A stretch of 64,000 bases of DNA, from positions 4,402,001 to 4,466,000 of the forward strand of contig OZ218951.1 in assembly GCA_965112735.1 (NCBI GenBank), in the 5' to 3' direction. Position 1 is the stretch's first letter. Each line of letters starts with the position of its first letter. The stretch comes from Phaeosaccion multiseriatum. Lineage: Eukaryota; Protista; Ochrophyta, other classes. The notes under the pieces are model-generated. The model saw nothing but the letters and a program-made list of their open reading frames with translations. It was not told where the DNA came from and made no database searches. Below are positions 61,327 to 64,000 of the stretch, one piece after another. The translations under genes were made by a program, and so were the position numbers.

Positions 61327-61482
61327 AGAACAAGGCCCTTCTCATTACTTCTTCAAGAGAGAGCCGCAGAACAGGCCCTACTCATTACTTCTTCAAGAGA
61401 GAGCCGCAGAACAGGCCCTACTCATTACTTCCTCAAGAGAGAGCCGCAGAACAGGCCCTACTCATTACTTCTTGAAGAGAGA
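61327..61482. repeat. 40-bp tandem repeat (~3.7 copies) containing the FNT stop codon
   Basis: Unit ctcattacttcttcaagagagagccgcagaacaggcccta starts at 61341, 61381, 61421 and 61461 (partial). Confidence 0.95.
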
Positions 61483-61662
61483 ACCGAACGCGGTGCTGTA
61501 CATGCCTGCAACCGCAACGGCGCCTCCGACGATGTTCCCGAGCGTGACGGGGATGAGGTTGTTGACCAGGAAGGATCGAATGGTCACACCCGCCCCAACC
61601 TTGATGCCCAGCTGAATTGATTGGGTTGTACACACGCACACGCGCACACACACACACACACA

Positions 61663-61717
<55 letters not shown>

Positions 61718-63339
61718 TTAGAGCGAGAGAGAGAGAAAACGGGTGTGTGTACGTCAAACAAGCAGAAACAAGCCAGGCAGCGCCAGCCAGACGGGAGTCC
61801 ATCATCTCTTGCAGATGGGTTGTTAAGAAGGGAAGTTAAGAGAAAGGGCCTTAGGTAGGGTAGTTACGTACCGGAATGAGGAACATGTTCGCCACGCTGA
61901 TGGGTGCCAATCCAATTCATGCACATATGAACGAAGCACGATGCACAGCAAGCGCAAACGTAGAGGGGGGGGGACAGGAGCAAAGGTGAGAAGATGGTGT
62001 ATACATTCGAGTGGAGTGCTTTGAAGGAAGGCAAAAAATTCAGTCATCACACGCTGCTCTCCTGCCTTCCGAGGCAGGTGAGAGATCACTACATGTACTA
62101 TCGTCAACACATCAACACGCGATGATTGATGCTGATGTTGCATACAATAACGCAAAATATATACATCGCGGGTGAGTCAGAGCCAGCCACCCCCCCCCAA
62201 CCCAAGCCAGAGGCCAGAGGCAACGCCCAAAGGCCCAGCCCCGAAGTACAAGTAGTGAATCAACTCTCAACTCACGCCACTCACTCGACGCACTACACTC
62301 ACCTATGGTCGAAGCCAATGGCCACAAAGGCGGAGATGGGCAGAAATATGCTCACAAACTTGCTGGCGGCGTCATCACAGCCCGCCGACATGTACACCGC
62401 CATACACACGAGCCAGTTGCACAGGATGCCTCTAAGGAAGGCCGCGGAGAAGGTGAGGGAAGACTTGGCGGAGGCAATACCCACGACCCCGGCGGTGGTG
62501 GGGAGTACCTTGGCACCGACCACGAGGGCGACCATAAGAAGACTGCCGAGGAAGTTGCCCAGGTAGGACACGATCCAATTCTTGAGGAGCTGTTTGTTGG
62601 TCACCTGAGAGGGGAGGGGAGAGGGGGTGTATAGATAGATAGACAGATAGAGAGATAGATAGATGCATTCATTGGCGAGAAACAAGAGATGAGAGAAAAG
62701 GGGGAGTGAGGGAGATTTAAAAAAAGAAAGAAGAACAGGGCAGGAATGAACTTGTGTGGACAAGACATGCGGACTCCTTCTTGTTTTCGTGCGTACCTTT
62801 CCTTCGATCCTGGCGGCAGTGACCATGGCAGTGTTTCCTGTAAACAGCTCGCCGCCTCCAACCACGGTCATGTACAAGCCGAACGGCAGGCCAAAGGCGC
62901 CTGCAATAAGCTGTTTCAGCCCAGGGTTGGCCGAGGCAATGCCAGCGCAATTTCCCCCCACCAGCAGCATCAAGAGCCCTCCAAAGGCAATGTGGCACCC
63001 GCTCAAGATGCCCAGAGAGAAGATCTTGGAGGCTGGCATGTTGCCCTTCTTCTCTCCCGCGTTGACCGCGGTCTGGTACATGTCTGCAGGAGCGGTGACG
63101 CCCATGCGCAAGCTACTGCTTGAGGCCTTTCCAACGGCCCTACGGCTGCTGCACCGCCCGCCTTCCAGGGAAATGCTGGGACTGCCGCTGAACCGAGAGG
63201 ACGGCCCGTGGTATGCGCCAACAGGTGGCATGCTCAGGCTTGCTGAGGGCACCAGAAAAGAGCTGCATCGGAGGACGCTAAGGCCCAGGAAGAGAGCAAT
63301 TGCGGCCAAGACGGTGGGGCGGACTGGGGACACCTTCAT
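61465..63339 (-). CDS. Formate/nitrite transporter (FNT; NAR1/LCIA-like), plastid-targeted
   Basis: Signal peptide + CSS|FLVP leader. Motifs LGILSGCHIAFG, GLPFGL, GELFTGNT, YLGNFLG, RGILCNWLVCMA, FVAIGFDH|SVANMFLIP (micro-exon ~61872-61897) and NLIPVTLGNIVGG. Confidence 0.95.
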
Positions 63340-63501
63340 GGCTAGCGTAAGTCGTGCAAAGATCGCGAAAGTTCTGCTCGAAATCACGAAATGTTCCCTC
63401 GTTCCCAAAAGGAGCGTCACCTTCGCACGGTAGAATCCAGGGAATCCTGGCGACGCCTCTCCTGGCTTGAGCCATCGTCTTGAGGAAAAACAACGGGCGT
63501 C
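63340..63501. promoter_or_regulatory. Putative bidirectional promoter between FNT and the GRX3-like gene
   Basis: Divergent ATGs ~160 bp apart. Position only, no motif identified. Confidence 0.5.
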
Positions 63502-63693
63502 ATGGTGGCCCTAGTAAAGGACGTCACGAGCGAGAGCGACTTCGAGTCCCTGACTAGCGGCAGTGGCAGGAACTGCGTCATCTTCTTCTGGGCGGATTGG
63601 CATGAGCCATCCAAGCCGGGGGGGCAGATGAGCGAGGTGTTTGAGCAGCTGGCCAAGATGCACGGCGCGTCAGGAGACATCTCCTTCCTGAAG
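63502..63693 (+). CDS. First exon of a thioredoxin-fold protein, probably monothiol glutaredoxin GRX3/PICOT-like (runs off the window)
   Basis: VIFFWADWHEPS...QMSEVFEQLAK...FLK|GT. A Trx-like domain lacking CxxC, as in the GRX3/4 N-terminus. Confidence 0.7.
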
Positions 63694-64000
63694 GTACGCC
63701 TGATTTGATTTATTGGTTGGTTGAAGACAGGACGGGGTGGAGACGCACAGCAGGTGTGAGTAGGTAGGGTAGCAGAGGCGGGGCAGGGCAGAGGGCGTCG
63801 GAGCAGAGGAACTGGGAGAGCGCCACATGTCTGCATCGTGTTTGCAGTAGCACGTCACGTCTCCCTCAGACAGAGCTAGCATTATCGCCGTCGATCTCTT
63901 AACACTCATGTTTGCAAGAGGTGGTCGGGGGGCCTCCAATTCGCTCTTCTCGCCCACGCCCACCCCTTCCTAACCCTGCCTATCGCATTCTCTTCTGCAT

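Noticed and set aside
61327-61482. CRISPR-like array (also considered 38791-38933 and the palindromes at 50039-50280)
   Set aside because: The first two are head-to-tail repeats with no unique spacers and there are no cas genes. The palindromes are transposon subterminal repeats in a eukaryotic context.
1-64000. tRNA, rRNA or other structured RNA genes
   Set aside because: None recognised by eye. tRNAscan-SE/Infernal would be needed to exclude them.

Overview
GC-rich, intron-rich eukaryotic nuclear DNA. It is most likely from a photosynthetic stramenopile (ochrophyte), inferred from signal peptide + F/W bipartite plastid-targeting leaders. Introns are packed with microsatellites. Genes recognised: a STE7/MAP2K kinase, an S4-RsuA-family pseudouridine synthase, three related ankyrin-repeat genes (two in a ~5 kb tandem duplication), a golgin-84-like protein, an RCC1+ankyrin protein, branched-chain aminotransferase, a tandem-PA-domain protein, an intronless PPR-SMR protein, a DUF4460/TCAIM-like protein, a membrane hybrid histidine kinase, a plastid formate/nitrite transporter and the start of a GRX3/PICOT-like gene. 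Mobile DNA: a Sola2-like transposase remnant, an internally deleted piggyBac-like element with an ATAT target duplication, and two copies of a small TIR element. The three strongest leads are: (1) a single-chain pseudo-heterodimeric histidine kinase, 6TM-DHp-pseudoREC-6TM-DHp-HATPase-REC, laid out like a mammalian adenylyl cyclase with complementary degeneration of its halves; (2) a 16-bp DNA motif, CAGTTGGTGATACAGC, recurring about 17 times in exons (several frames, both strands), introns and UTRs; (3) an ankyrin family with a near-invariant C-terminal tail and one hypervariable repeat. All gene models were spliced by eye and the coordinates of internal exons are approximate.
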